64,000 bases of DNA, taken from positions 2,294,001 to 2,358,000 of the forward strand of contig OZ287069.1 of assembly GCA_965645245.1 (NCBI GenBank). Reading direction: 5' to 3'. Source of the DNA: Massalongia carnosa. Taxonomy: Eukaryota. The notes beneath the pieces were generated by a model. The model saw only the letters and a program-made list of their open reading frames with translations. It made no database searches and was not told the origin of the DNA. The position numbers and the translations under genes are program-made. Below, piece by piece: positions 1 through 10,136 of this stretch; within the stretch, counting starts at the first letter, position 1; every line of letters starts with the position of its first letter.

Positions 1-777
1 AAACCTATACGCTAGACCTGAATAAAACGGGACCAATGGTGCTGGACGCGCTGATCAGGATCAAGAACGAAGTCGACCCCACGCTGACGTTTCGGCGGAG
101 CTGCAGGGAGGGTATTTGCGGGAGCTGTGCGATGAATATCGACGGGATTAATACGTTGGCTTGTCTATGTATGTCCTCTTCTTCCAAACCTTTACGGATG
201 CTTTAAGATTCACACCTAACGCAACGGTGGATTCTAGGCCGTATCCCCACCAACACCACGCACGAATCCCGCATCTACCCTCTCCCCCATACCTACGTTG
301 TCAAAGATCTAGTTCCCGATCTAACCCAATTTTACAGACAATACAAATCAATAAAACCTTACCTTCAACGTGACTCTAATCCCGAAAATGTTTGTCCCCA
401 CCTCTTCTCCCCTTCCCCCTTTTCCTCCACACTAACTCGCCCCACCCCAATAGGGCCGCGAAAACCTGCAATCCCCCGCCAACCGTAAAAAGCTCGACGG
501 GCTATACGAATGCATCCTCTGCGCCTGCTGCAGCACCAGTTGCCCCTCGTACTGGTGGAACAGCGAAGAATACCTTGGCCCCGCCGTGCTCTTGCAATCC
601 TACCGCTGGTTAGCCGATTCCCGCGACCAGCGCACTGAGGAGCGAAAGTCGGCGTTAGATAACAGCATGAGTCTCTATCGGTGCCATACTATCTTAAATT
701 GCTCGCGGACTTGTCCGAAGGGTTTGAATCCAGGGAAAGCGATTGCGGAGATTAAAAAGGTTATGGCTTTCTCGTAA
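1..777 (+). CDS. SDH2: Succinate dehydrogenase iron-sulfur subunit, 3' part (5' end outside window)
   Basis: Spliced translation (introns 169-237, 390-453) gives [69 protein letters not shown] and [17 protein letters not shown], the Fe-S cluster motifs of SdhB/SDH2; stop TAA 775-777. Confidence 0.98.
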
Positions 778-1581
778 CGTAGGGGTTGACGAAGAGGGAG
801 AGGGGAGTGGAAGGGGAATACGGGATCAACGATTGGAAGAAAGCAGAGGGGAGCATGGGTGGATGGATGGGTGGGTAGGGAGTCTGGTTTCTCGTCTCGC
901 GTACTGCATAACTCATATCAAGGCAATTCTCCAATATACATCAGAAAAATATAACACAACGCAGCTTTTAATGCTCTACTTCCCCCTCACAACCCCAACC
1001 CCTCAAAATCTAAAGCGGTTTACCAGGCCATCTGGATCATATTTCCAAGCCAATCACTTTCCAGAATACTCGAAAGTGCAAGTCAACCAGCAAATCCCAT
1101 CTCTCTTGTGATTGATTAGATATCTCGGGAATTGCTTCATGCGCTTGGAAAATTGCATCACCGTTGACAAGAGAAGAGGCAGAAGAAAACGAGGAAGGAG
1201 AATACGAAGAAAACTTCCAAGCCAACGCGCTGATCCCATCCATTCTTCTCTTCCATTCCTCCATTTGAGGTCCTGGAACCTTCTCTCATACATACATACA
1301 TACATACATAGGTAGGTACATACCATACATACCCAATCAACCCACCATCCTTACGTCATTTCCATTTACTCCACCCACAGCCTAATGTAACCAACCAACC
1401 ATCCAACTCCTCCGTCCCCTTTTTCCCACCATTCCCCGCCCAACCAAGCAAGCAACCACCACATCCTCATTCCCCCTCTCCTTTTCTACCTTCCCCTCCC
1501 CCCTCTAGAACGCCTAGCAAAACTCCACGGGAATCCCTAGCTTCCGTTGGTCCAACCCTCGTCACTTCCTCTCATGCACCA

Positions 1582-3453
1582 CTAAGCAAACCCCTCCCAA
1601 CCACTCCGGCTCTCCTCCCCATCCGTAACTGTACCGTTGTCGCTCCTCCCATCCCTCACTTCAGGCCCATACCCCCCGCTGGTCGGGCTCGACGAGCCCC
1701 TCGCCGCTCCCCCAACCGTGCTAGGCAAGTCCAGCTCGCTCTCGTTCCCGCTACTGTCGTCAGCGTAGGCTCGCTCTGTTCCAGGAAAAGGGTCTTTGCG
1801 CCGGAGGACGGGTTCCCCGGCGGTGATGGCGGGGAGGTTCAAATTGCCTGGGAGGGTGGCGCAGCTGATGCCCCGACGCTCGTGCACAGAGACATTGGGG
1901 GTTTCACCGCGGGTAGGGTCCGCGACGCGGATGGTGCTGAAGATAGGGCTTAGGGAGGCGATCCACGGCTCGTGGTAGGATAGGGAGGGGTTGCGAGGTG
2001 ACGGATAGGAAGTGCCGGGTGGCGAAGGGTGGGAGGGACGGACTTTTCTGATGTACGAGTACGAGTCACTGCCCGGGGGGGCTTCAACGTAGATGTGCCC
2101 GGACTGGATTCGAGCCGAGCGCTGGATTTTGGCTAGGAGTGTATTAATCACCCAGCCGTCAAGGAGCTCAAGGCGCTGAAAGGCGGATTGGCCGCGCTTG
2201 TCGCGGTATTCATGGATATAGTGCAGAGGACGGATGACATTATTTGCGAAAGTCCAGGGTAGGGCTTTGCGGTCTTGAGCGGGATTGCTCCGTTGGTGAA
2301 AGTTGCCGTTAAGAAAACGGATGACTTCGTCGTCGAGGGGATGCGTGTCCGTGTCGATTGCTTTTCCGATGATACGGTGAAGGAGGCGGTCGTAGAGGCT
2401 TTGCGCTTTGGGGTGCGAGTAGAGGCTGCGAGGTGAGCACGGATGGACGTTTTCGACAGGGGGTGGCGCGGGAGCGATGGCGTCGTTGAGAGGGAATGGG
2501 TCGTCAGTTGAGACGATATAACGCCAGTGTTCGGACAATACCTCTGTGCATGGGTATATGTCTCGAATGGCGCAGAGCTCTAGGTGTGGGGTGCACCCGT
2601 CCTCGGATTTCTTCATCCGAGGTAGGCAATCATCCGTATAGTTTTCAACGTCAATGAAGCGGAGAACATCATAGTCGTTTGCATCCAATTCTTTGTTATT
2701 CCATGGATATATTTCTCGGTTGACCATCGTAGCCTTTGATTGCATTGACTCTTTCATTGTCACGTCCTGATATTGTGCTAAGCCAAAGGACTTGTGCTCA
2801 TCCTTTTGATATCTAGCTTCGATAGCTTTCATGATTTCTTCTCCAAGTCTGAATGCACAGTTTCTTTCGCTAAGTCCTACTGTCCGTATGCTAAAGGAAT
2901 CTGATATCATCCCGAGCGCATCATTCATAGCACCTCCACCACATTGCTGAAGAGCATCACACATGCGGTAAATAGCTAGGTATTCAATAGCCGAACAAAA
3001 TGTATTTCGCTTCTTTATATCCATATAAGTATCGATGCTGGGCGCTGTGATGTTAGAAGTAATTCCAGCCAAAAGATCCGACAGTTCTTCTGATTCTTTC
3101 GATAAAGTCCAATACGCCTCAGCGTCCCAGTGAAGCTTTTCTGTGCGGAGATACTTGACGCAAGTACGTAGCCTCCCTGTAGCGACAACGGAATCTAGAT
3201 CTCGCATCTCGTGAGATGATATCGCTGCACGATATGCGTCGACGACGGCAAGCTCTGGATACCCAAGCCTGCTCTAGGCAATAGCACGATTAAGAAAAGC
3301 AAAAACATGGCCAGGACATGTTTTGTAGAGGACCTCAGTGTAGAGATGTAAGGCCTTTGAAGTTTCGCCAGAACCGAGATGTTCATTTGCTCGAAAAAGC
3401 AGACCCTCCGTGCTGTCATAGCTATTGACGACACGAAGATTTGACCTTGCCAT
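1582..3453 (-). pseudogene. TPR + degenerate SET-like domain protein, interrupted by one in-frame TAG (codon 60); pseudogene or editing/readthrough-dependent gene
   Basis: The frame of the 541-aa ORF extends upstream to ATG 3453 through TAG at 3274-3276: ...KALHLYTEVLYKTCPGHVFAFLNRAIA*SRLGYPELAVVDAYRA (TPR-like). Downstream AIRDIYPCTEVLSE and LSPIFS..PNVS resemble SET-domain segments but lack the NHS motif. Family call is by motif recognition only. Confidence 0.65.
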
Positions 3454-5325
3454 ATCGGTCTTTTTGATGACTTACAGATAATTCAGTAAGGATGCATTGA
3501 AAAGTAACAGGAAGCAAAAACGGATGTAAATACTGAAATAGAAAAGAAACCGGGGGGCGCGACATAGTTGATTTGTTAAATAAAAAGAAGTGTTGCTGGC
3601 GATAGATCGCGACCAAGTAATTGATGATGTGGACGAAAAACGCGTTGATCAGCGTGTTTGTGTCGATAACGCCCTATGATATAGTGCTATACCAAGTATA
3701 GACCGAAAGGAACATGGCATCTGTCTTTACTCCTTGAAAGTCAATCATCAATGCAAACCTACAGCCGATTGATTGCAGAGTAAGGAAGCTCGGCAAGAGG
3801 TTTCGATCAGAGAATCCGCTGTCAAAAAATTACAAAAACTCGTGACTGCATCAGTCATAGCAACAATCCTCATAGCAAACTGATGTATTGGCTAGCAACT
3901 ACCCGAAAAACAAGAAAGTATACTTTCTCTTTTAATACCGGCTTTGTATGCTCCAACCCTAGAAACGTCTTTGGTTATTGATCAGCTCAATGTGGTCCAT
4001 AACGGTTTGTTCCTTACCCTGGCTCACGATCTGATAGCGCTGCGATGAGTTTGTCCAATTTGAACTATGCCACATTTTCTTTTTACTTTGCTGCAGTGAC
4101 ACATTTTACTCCTTACGCCATGGTCTGGCTAGCAGATAATATTGACAACCGAATGGAAAAGGCATCAAACATTTATTTTTGTTATTTGATCCTGATATCG
4201 ATATCGTAATATAAAATCTCTGATAAATAGAATAGGCGTTCATAAAGAATGTCTTACTTTGATCTCGTTGAATCGCTCGAAATTCGGTTGGTTCCCATTT
4301 TGAAAGGCTTCCTTGATTAATCAACGCTTCATCGAGCGAGCAGGCTTCTTTGGACATTTCCTAGAGACCACAATGAGCAGCTTGATATTTATTTCAGGAA
4401 AGAGAGACTGGTAAATATTATGAATCGAGAGAACAAGATATTACTAGAGTAAACCGTTTGGAAGACCACACGACTGACTATTCGAAAGCCCGAAACTTTC
4501 GTTGAAATCCAATAGGACATAAATGAAATGGAAAACATTAAAGGGCAAGTAAACAGAAAATGACGCGTAGTTTTGTCACCAGTGTCCCTACTTGGACTTC
4601 TATAACTACCCCTGAAACTTCTAGCAGAGAGCAGATGGTATGCCCGTGCTCTCTCGTTGATAGAAGGTCTCTGGCTTATTCTCCATATTAGGAGGTGTAT
4701 CTGGAAAGCGGTCTTGGGAGGGCACGTGATAATATCTAGTTTTGTAACTCCACCAGCTTAAGTAAGCCGCCTCCCGCGCTTCTCACCCCGGTATCTCACT
4801 CCCGCTTGTCGCAAACCCTAAATCTCAGAGTTTCTCACATACCCTATTATTTGGCTGCGCCATCCAAAATCAACCTTTACAAGTACCCAAGATACCCATT
4901 TGTCAGGAGAAGCTGAGCTACAAGTAAGTCCAGCACTAACTCTGCCTTTTATCTCCGTTAAAGCTTTTACCAATGGGCTGTGAACGGTCTTGATTCAGCT
5001 CCTAGCACCCGCGACAGGAGGCACCCGGAGCCGGAGTAGCCACTGAGCTAAGCTCCGAGGTGTAGCGCGAATCTCGGTGTGACGATAGAGGCTTTTCTTA
5101 TAGTCGGGTTTAACTAATTGCTGGTTCTGATAGAAGACGGGTATAGGGTACCACACAGAGCGCAAAGGCCGGTTATCTTGTCTCGGGCAACGGAGATCTG
5201 TCAGTCTGCCAAATGAGCAGTATTCATGGCCAGCCGACTCTTGGCATTCTAACTCTAACGTCAACCGCTAACCAGAAGATTCCTCGATTTCAGGCAACGA
5301 CTTTCTCCGTCCTCCCTCCTTGAAG

Positions 5326-5526
5326 ATGCCCGCGTTCAACCTTTCCCTTGTCGCTCGCACTATGGAGGTCCACAGATCCAATTGGGTGGGCAAGAACGCC
5401 GGCATCGTCGTGGTCTTCTGTATTGTGTTTGTCATTGCTGCAGGGCTGATTGGTCTCTTTCTCTACCGAAAGGTGGCCGCTCGTGTGGCTCGTCGTGCAG
5501 ATCACAGAGAAAGGCAAGTGGGCTGA
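5326..5526 (+). CDS. Small single-pass membrane protein (66 aa)
   Basis: ATG 5326; hydrophobic helix GIVVVFCIVFVIAAGLIGLFLY followed by basic RKVAARVARR. Candidate 5'-UTR intron GTAAGT 4924 ... GCTAAC ... CAG 5293. Confidence 0.7.
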   Translation: MPAFNLSLVARTMEVHRSNWVGKNAGIVVVFCIVFVIAAGLIGLFLYRKVAARVARRADHRERQVG

Positions 5527-6690
5527 GGGGGGTGAATGAGGTCGCAAAGGGAAGAAGTTACAGGATAGTGTGACCGGAGTTGTCTTCAAATGGTGGGGAG
5601 CAGAGCTAATAAGAGCTGATAGCTAAGGGGAGGTTGAGGGTAGAAGATAAGAGATACTTTGGATCGGTAGGTTTGTGCAAAGGTCCATCTGAGTCTTTTA
5701 TATTGCATAGGTTAAAACAAGTTTAGCGACGAGACTTATGAAGCCCAACATGTAATTGAAATTGGACGGCGCCTTCACCTGCGGCTGGGTGATACGTTCT
5801 ACATGCTTAATCCAGGTTCAGCTAAGACCGAATCGACACGATATTCCAACAAATTGGTCGTATTACGTTCCTATTATATGACAGCCTGATCCCAAGATCT
5901 TTCAATACAAGCAAGAGACAATTACGCTAGCGACGAAAGATTTCTCCCGCCCTTCTAGGCAGCCATGTGTCCTACCGCTTCTTCCACTTTTGCACACCTG
6001 AACCATGCTTAGCTTATTCCTAAAACGGGGTTTACTCCAAAACTTGGTGCCTAAGCTATAAAGCTGGAAAATTGGTCGCTGAAAAAGGTGTTGCCTGAAA
6101 TCTTACCCTTCGGCACGTCATTAGGAATCCCTCCCGCCATCGCTGGCGGAGCTAATCCGTGATAATCTCTCATCGAGGTCCTCTCTCCTTGGGGTCCTCG
6201 CTTCGGGGTCTCCTATTCGGGGTCCTCTAGCCGTTGCTTCAAACAGTTCTGCTTAGGGACTGAAGGCAAATGGGGCTTCGTTTTTATAGAGACACTACAA
6301 TCTCTTAATGTGCTAACAATACCAGAACACTCTTCAAATGTCACCAATGACGTTGCGGAAAGCATCATCTGTTTAATGCTGTCTTCATTGTCTCTTTGCT
6401 AGCGCTGCTAGGGAGAAGAAAAAAAGTTAGAGCTGGCGATCAATGAGGAGTCTAAGAACATGGCATGGAACGGGTCGTTTGAGTTATAGTGTATTCAAGC
6501 ACAGCGTCGAGAACGGCTTACATGAAGGCCTTTGAACTGATGTCTCCAATCTCAAATTAGTATCTGTTGAAAGGTAGCTATAAAGGGGCAGTTCTCTCCA
6601 TCACTTTTTCCAATTCTCATCTCATTGCTTATCATCTTATTATCAAGCCAAGCTGCAATTGTGTTTATATATAATTAGAACTTGGTCGTT

Positions 6691-8112
6691 ATGCTGTCCA
6701 TCATTATCCCTTTCGTTGGCTTTCTTGGCGTTGCTCTAGCCACGACCAATAGCTCTCATCATCGCCATGACGCTAAATGTTGTAAGGAATATATCGTGCC
6801 TATCACAGTCACGTCAACCCAGCTCAAATGGAGCCCCTCTAAGTTTCATAACGATTTGACGTCGCCGACGTGAATACCATTGCTACGAGCCGGGATGCCT
6901 CGACCACCTTCAAGCCCTATTCCGGTGAGACGAACCAAACATTTACGTACGAAATTGCAGCAACGTTTTGCACTCCGAAGAAGGTTACCCCGAGAAGCAA
7001 AACTGTATTGTTGGCCACTCACGGAATCTGCTTGGACAGGAGGTTAGTTCTAATCCCATGATGCACGGTTATACCCTTACTCACAAACAGCAGCTACTGG
7101 GATTTGCCTTTCAGGCCTTCCGAATATAGCTTCGTTGATTTTGCAATCTCTATAGGGTATTCGGTCTGGTTCTACGACCGGGTGGGAGTTGGGAGTTCTT
7201 CTAAGTAAGTATCTCTGAGTTTGCTAGCTTCTATCCAATCACTGATGCCTTTCAGAATCTCCGGATACGAAAATCAAGCCTCGAACCAAATCGCTGTCCT
7301 GGATAAGCTCTCAGCCTTGGTCAAAGCTGGAAAATATACACATGGCATTGGCAAGCCCACCTCGCTAATCCTGGTTGGTCATTCTTACGGCTCCGCCCTT
7401 ACCAATGGCGTTGTGGCAGCCAATCCCGCGGCGGCAGATGGTATCATTCTTACCGGTTTCAGCCATAACGTCAGCGCGCAGAACCTGGTGGGTACCGTCG
7501 ACGCCTTCCAGTCTAGAATCGCATCGGGCCAGGCATCAAGGTTCAAGGGGTTTGACAGCGGTTGGCTGACAAACATTGACTTGTATTCGAGCATTCAAAC
7601 GTAAGTATTGACGGCCAGGTGGCTTTAAAGTCTTTTTTTTCCGCGCTGACCCAAGTAGATTCTTCAAGGCCCCGTTTTTCGCCCATGACGTTGCCCAATA
7701 CGCCGAGAAGGCGAAAACCCCTTTTGCAGTCGCCGAGATCTTCAGCCTCACAACAATTAATTACCTCGCGTTCGCCTTTAAGGGCCCCGTCCTGGTTCGT
7801 TCTCGCCCCCCCCTTCGATTTTCTTTACCCAAAGAACCCGACCTCTCGCGCGGTTTCGCCTCCCCACCTACTTACTACATTTAAACTAACACATGGTATT
7901 CTTGTTAGATTCTTACCGGCGAACGGGACTTCATTTTCTGTAGCGGTTTGTGTACCCACGAGTTGCTCGTCAATCCTGCCCAGCAGATCTTTGCCAAAGC
8001 CAAGGAATTCTCTGCCTACGTGCAGCCGGGTGCAGGACATGCGCTGGGTCTAGCCACGACGGCGTCGGCTTCGTACAAGGTTATGACTGATTTCCTCGAG
8101 AAGAACTTTTGA
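6691..8112 (+). pseudogene. Secreted alpha/beta-hydrolase fold protein with a frameshift in exon 1
   Basis: Signal peptide MLSIIIPFVGFLGVALA; motifs LLATHG, YDRVGVGSS and nucleophile elbow GHSYG; introns 7043-7093, 7205-7255, 7601-7658, 7795-7908; stop 8110-8112. Exon 1 changes frame near 6855 (apparent 1-bp deletion; in-frame TGA 6871-6873). Confidence 0.8.
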
Positions 8113-8572
8113 TACGGGAACTTGATGATAACGTGTTCGTTCTAAGAAGAGTAATTAGCCTTGATATTGCAAAATAATAATAAGCCAAACTGTCTGTTTC
8201 ATTCTTTTAGAGATTTCGATCATTTGGTAGCTTTTTCATAATCAGTAGGGGATTTCTTGCGTGCTATTTCAGACTTTAGATTTGAGTAATATGAACCAAG
8301 CATCCTCTAAACTTAATATTTATGGAATAATGTGATTGAAATACCGCAGGCCTGATTCTACTAAACTTAGGGATAGGGGGAACTTCGAAGAAAATCGAGA
8401 ATAGCGGAGCCCACCCAGTATCTAACTATAAATAATCTCCAAACCGACAGGCAAATTTCCAACCAATCAATAAATTAACCAATTCCTGAGACGCTAATAC
8501 CCGGGAGGAGGGGAGAACTATGATCTTGCTACTGCTTGAGCTAGTTGTGTATTCTCAGGGGTAGAGAGGTAA

Positions 8573-9866
8573 TGTCAAACCTGAATGCGGTCGATTCTCA
8601 TCGCCGATCCTCGACCCCCTGTCGCGGCAGATGCCGCTAAGACTACGCCATTTCTTTCCCACCTTTACCCCTCAATTTGCCGGGGTTGATATCGTTCGCC
8701 GCCATGACCCCTTTTCCCTTCTATGTATATAGGTAGCTAGATGTGGGCATTTCCCACATACAGAATACAATCTTTTCATCCTTCCTGAATCCATGTGATT
8801 GGTCAGAAAGGTTGACAGTTATGAGCCCGGGTTAGCTGAATTTTTCGCTGCCTTCATCTTATCTTTAGTTATTGGTAAGCTGATTTATCGCTGACTTCAT
8901 CGACCCCGAAATATCCTAGGCAGGCTGAGTATCGCCACCGGAATTATCGTATCTTTCATGGAGCATCGCAGAGTTGATTTATTCCTCGTGCTTCTGTTTT
9001 CCTTTGCCTTTTTGGTCGTTTCCCTGTTTTTCCCATCTGTCTCCATCATTGGTCGGTTATCCCAAATGGAAGACTCGTCGTCGGGATCGTCTCGGAAACT
9101 CATCGTCTCGGCTCTGACGCCTAGGACCTACAATTCCTGGTTGTCGGAAATCAAGGGTATCGCGGTACGATCTCAGGTATGGGAGTACGTCGATCCGGAA
9201 GGATCAGAGCCGGAACCTACCATTCCCAAATTTCCCAGATACAGTGATTACGTCAAAGTCGTCTCGGCAAATACGCCTGGCACTGATTCTACCAATACCC
9301 CTACGCCTGCTATTGTCGCTTCTCAAGGTTCTTCTCAAGGGACAGTTCTCGGCGATTCAAATGGCCTGCCGGTCCTGATTCCCGAACCATGTTCTCGGTA
9401 TGCCGATCTCTCGGAATCACAGAAGGAGTCGTACAACGCAGATGAACGGTCACATCGAGGGCTTCAGGCAGATGCCAGGGCCGCAGCCATGGGAATTGAG
9501 AAGGTTCATACGATCATCCTGGAGTCGGCTAAAGATTATGTCGCCAGGAATGTCAGATCATCCTCGGTTCGAGAAATTCTTCAGTCCCTGGCCCACAAAT
9601 TCAAAAAGAATCCGGGCTCATAACTGTCAACCTTTCTGACCAATCAGATGGATTCAGGAAGGATGAAAAGACTGTATTCTGTATGTGGGAAATGCCCACA
9701 TCTAGCTACCTATATAGAAGGGAAAAGGGGTCATGACGGCGAACGATATCAACCCCGGCAAATTGAGGGGTAAAGGTGGGAAAGAAATGGCGTAGTCTTA
9801 GCGGCATCTGCCGCGACAGGTGGGTCGAGGATCGGCGATGAGAATCGACCGCATTCAGGTTTGACA
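8573..9866 (+). mobile_element. Ty1/copia-derived non-autonomous element with inverted LTRs and truncated gag
   Basis: LTR 8573-8817 (TGTCAAAC...GTTGACA) + PBS GTTATGAGCCCGG 8818-8830; reverse-complement PBS 9612-9624 + reverse-complement LTR 9625-9866; direct TSD GGTAA at 8568-8572 and 9867-9871. Confidence 0.92.
9066..9623 (+). CDS. gag: Truncated copia-type Gag N-terminus
   Basis: YNSWLSEIKGIAVRSQVWEYVDP resembles the N-terminal motif of fungal copia Gag; lies downstream of LTR+PBS; ORF ends at a TAA supplied by the inverted PBS (frame also open from ATG 8958). Confidence 0.75.
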   Translation: MEDSSSGSSRKLIVSALTPRTYNSWLSEIKGIAVRSQVWEYVDPEGSEPEPTIPKFPRYSDYVKVVSANTPGTDSTNTPTPAIVASQGSSQGTVLGDSNGLPVLIPEPCSRYADLSESQKESYNADERSHRGLQADARAAAMGIEKVHTIILESAKDYVARNVRSSSVREILQSLAHKFKKNPGS

Positions 9867-10136
9867 GGTAACTAAGTTATACGATTATTAAAGGGTGCGG
9901 ATACGGGCACACCCTATTAGCTTCCTTAACACCCTACTTTGCTACCTTCACACCCTACTTGGATACATTCACACCCCCGAAAAAGTAACCGCAAAAGGGA
10001 AAGTTTCCGCCCCCTTCCCTTTCCAAATTAGGGTAAGCGGCGCGAAATTTTGCCGCACCTGAAATTTCGCTGCATCTTTCGCAAAATTTCGTCGCATCTT
10101 GGAATTTCGCCGCAACCTTCCTCTTACTCCTGCAGA

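Noticed and set aside
8573..9866. DIRS element or DNA-transposon TIRs
   Set aside because: Ends are TG...CA LTRs with a tRNA PBS and 5-bp TSD; no tyrosine recombinase or transposase inside.
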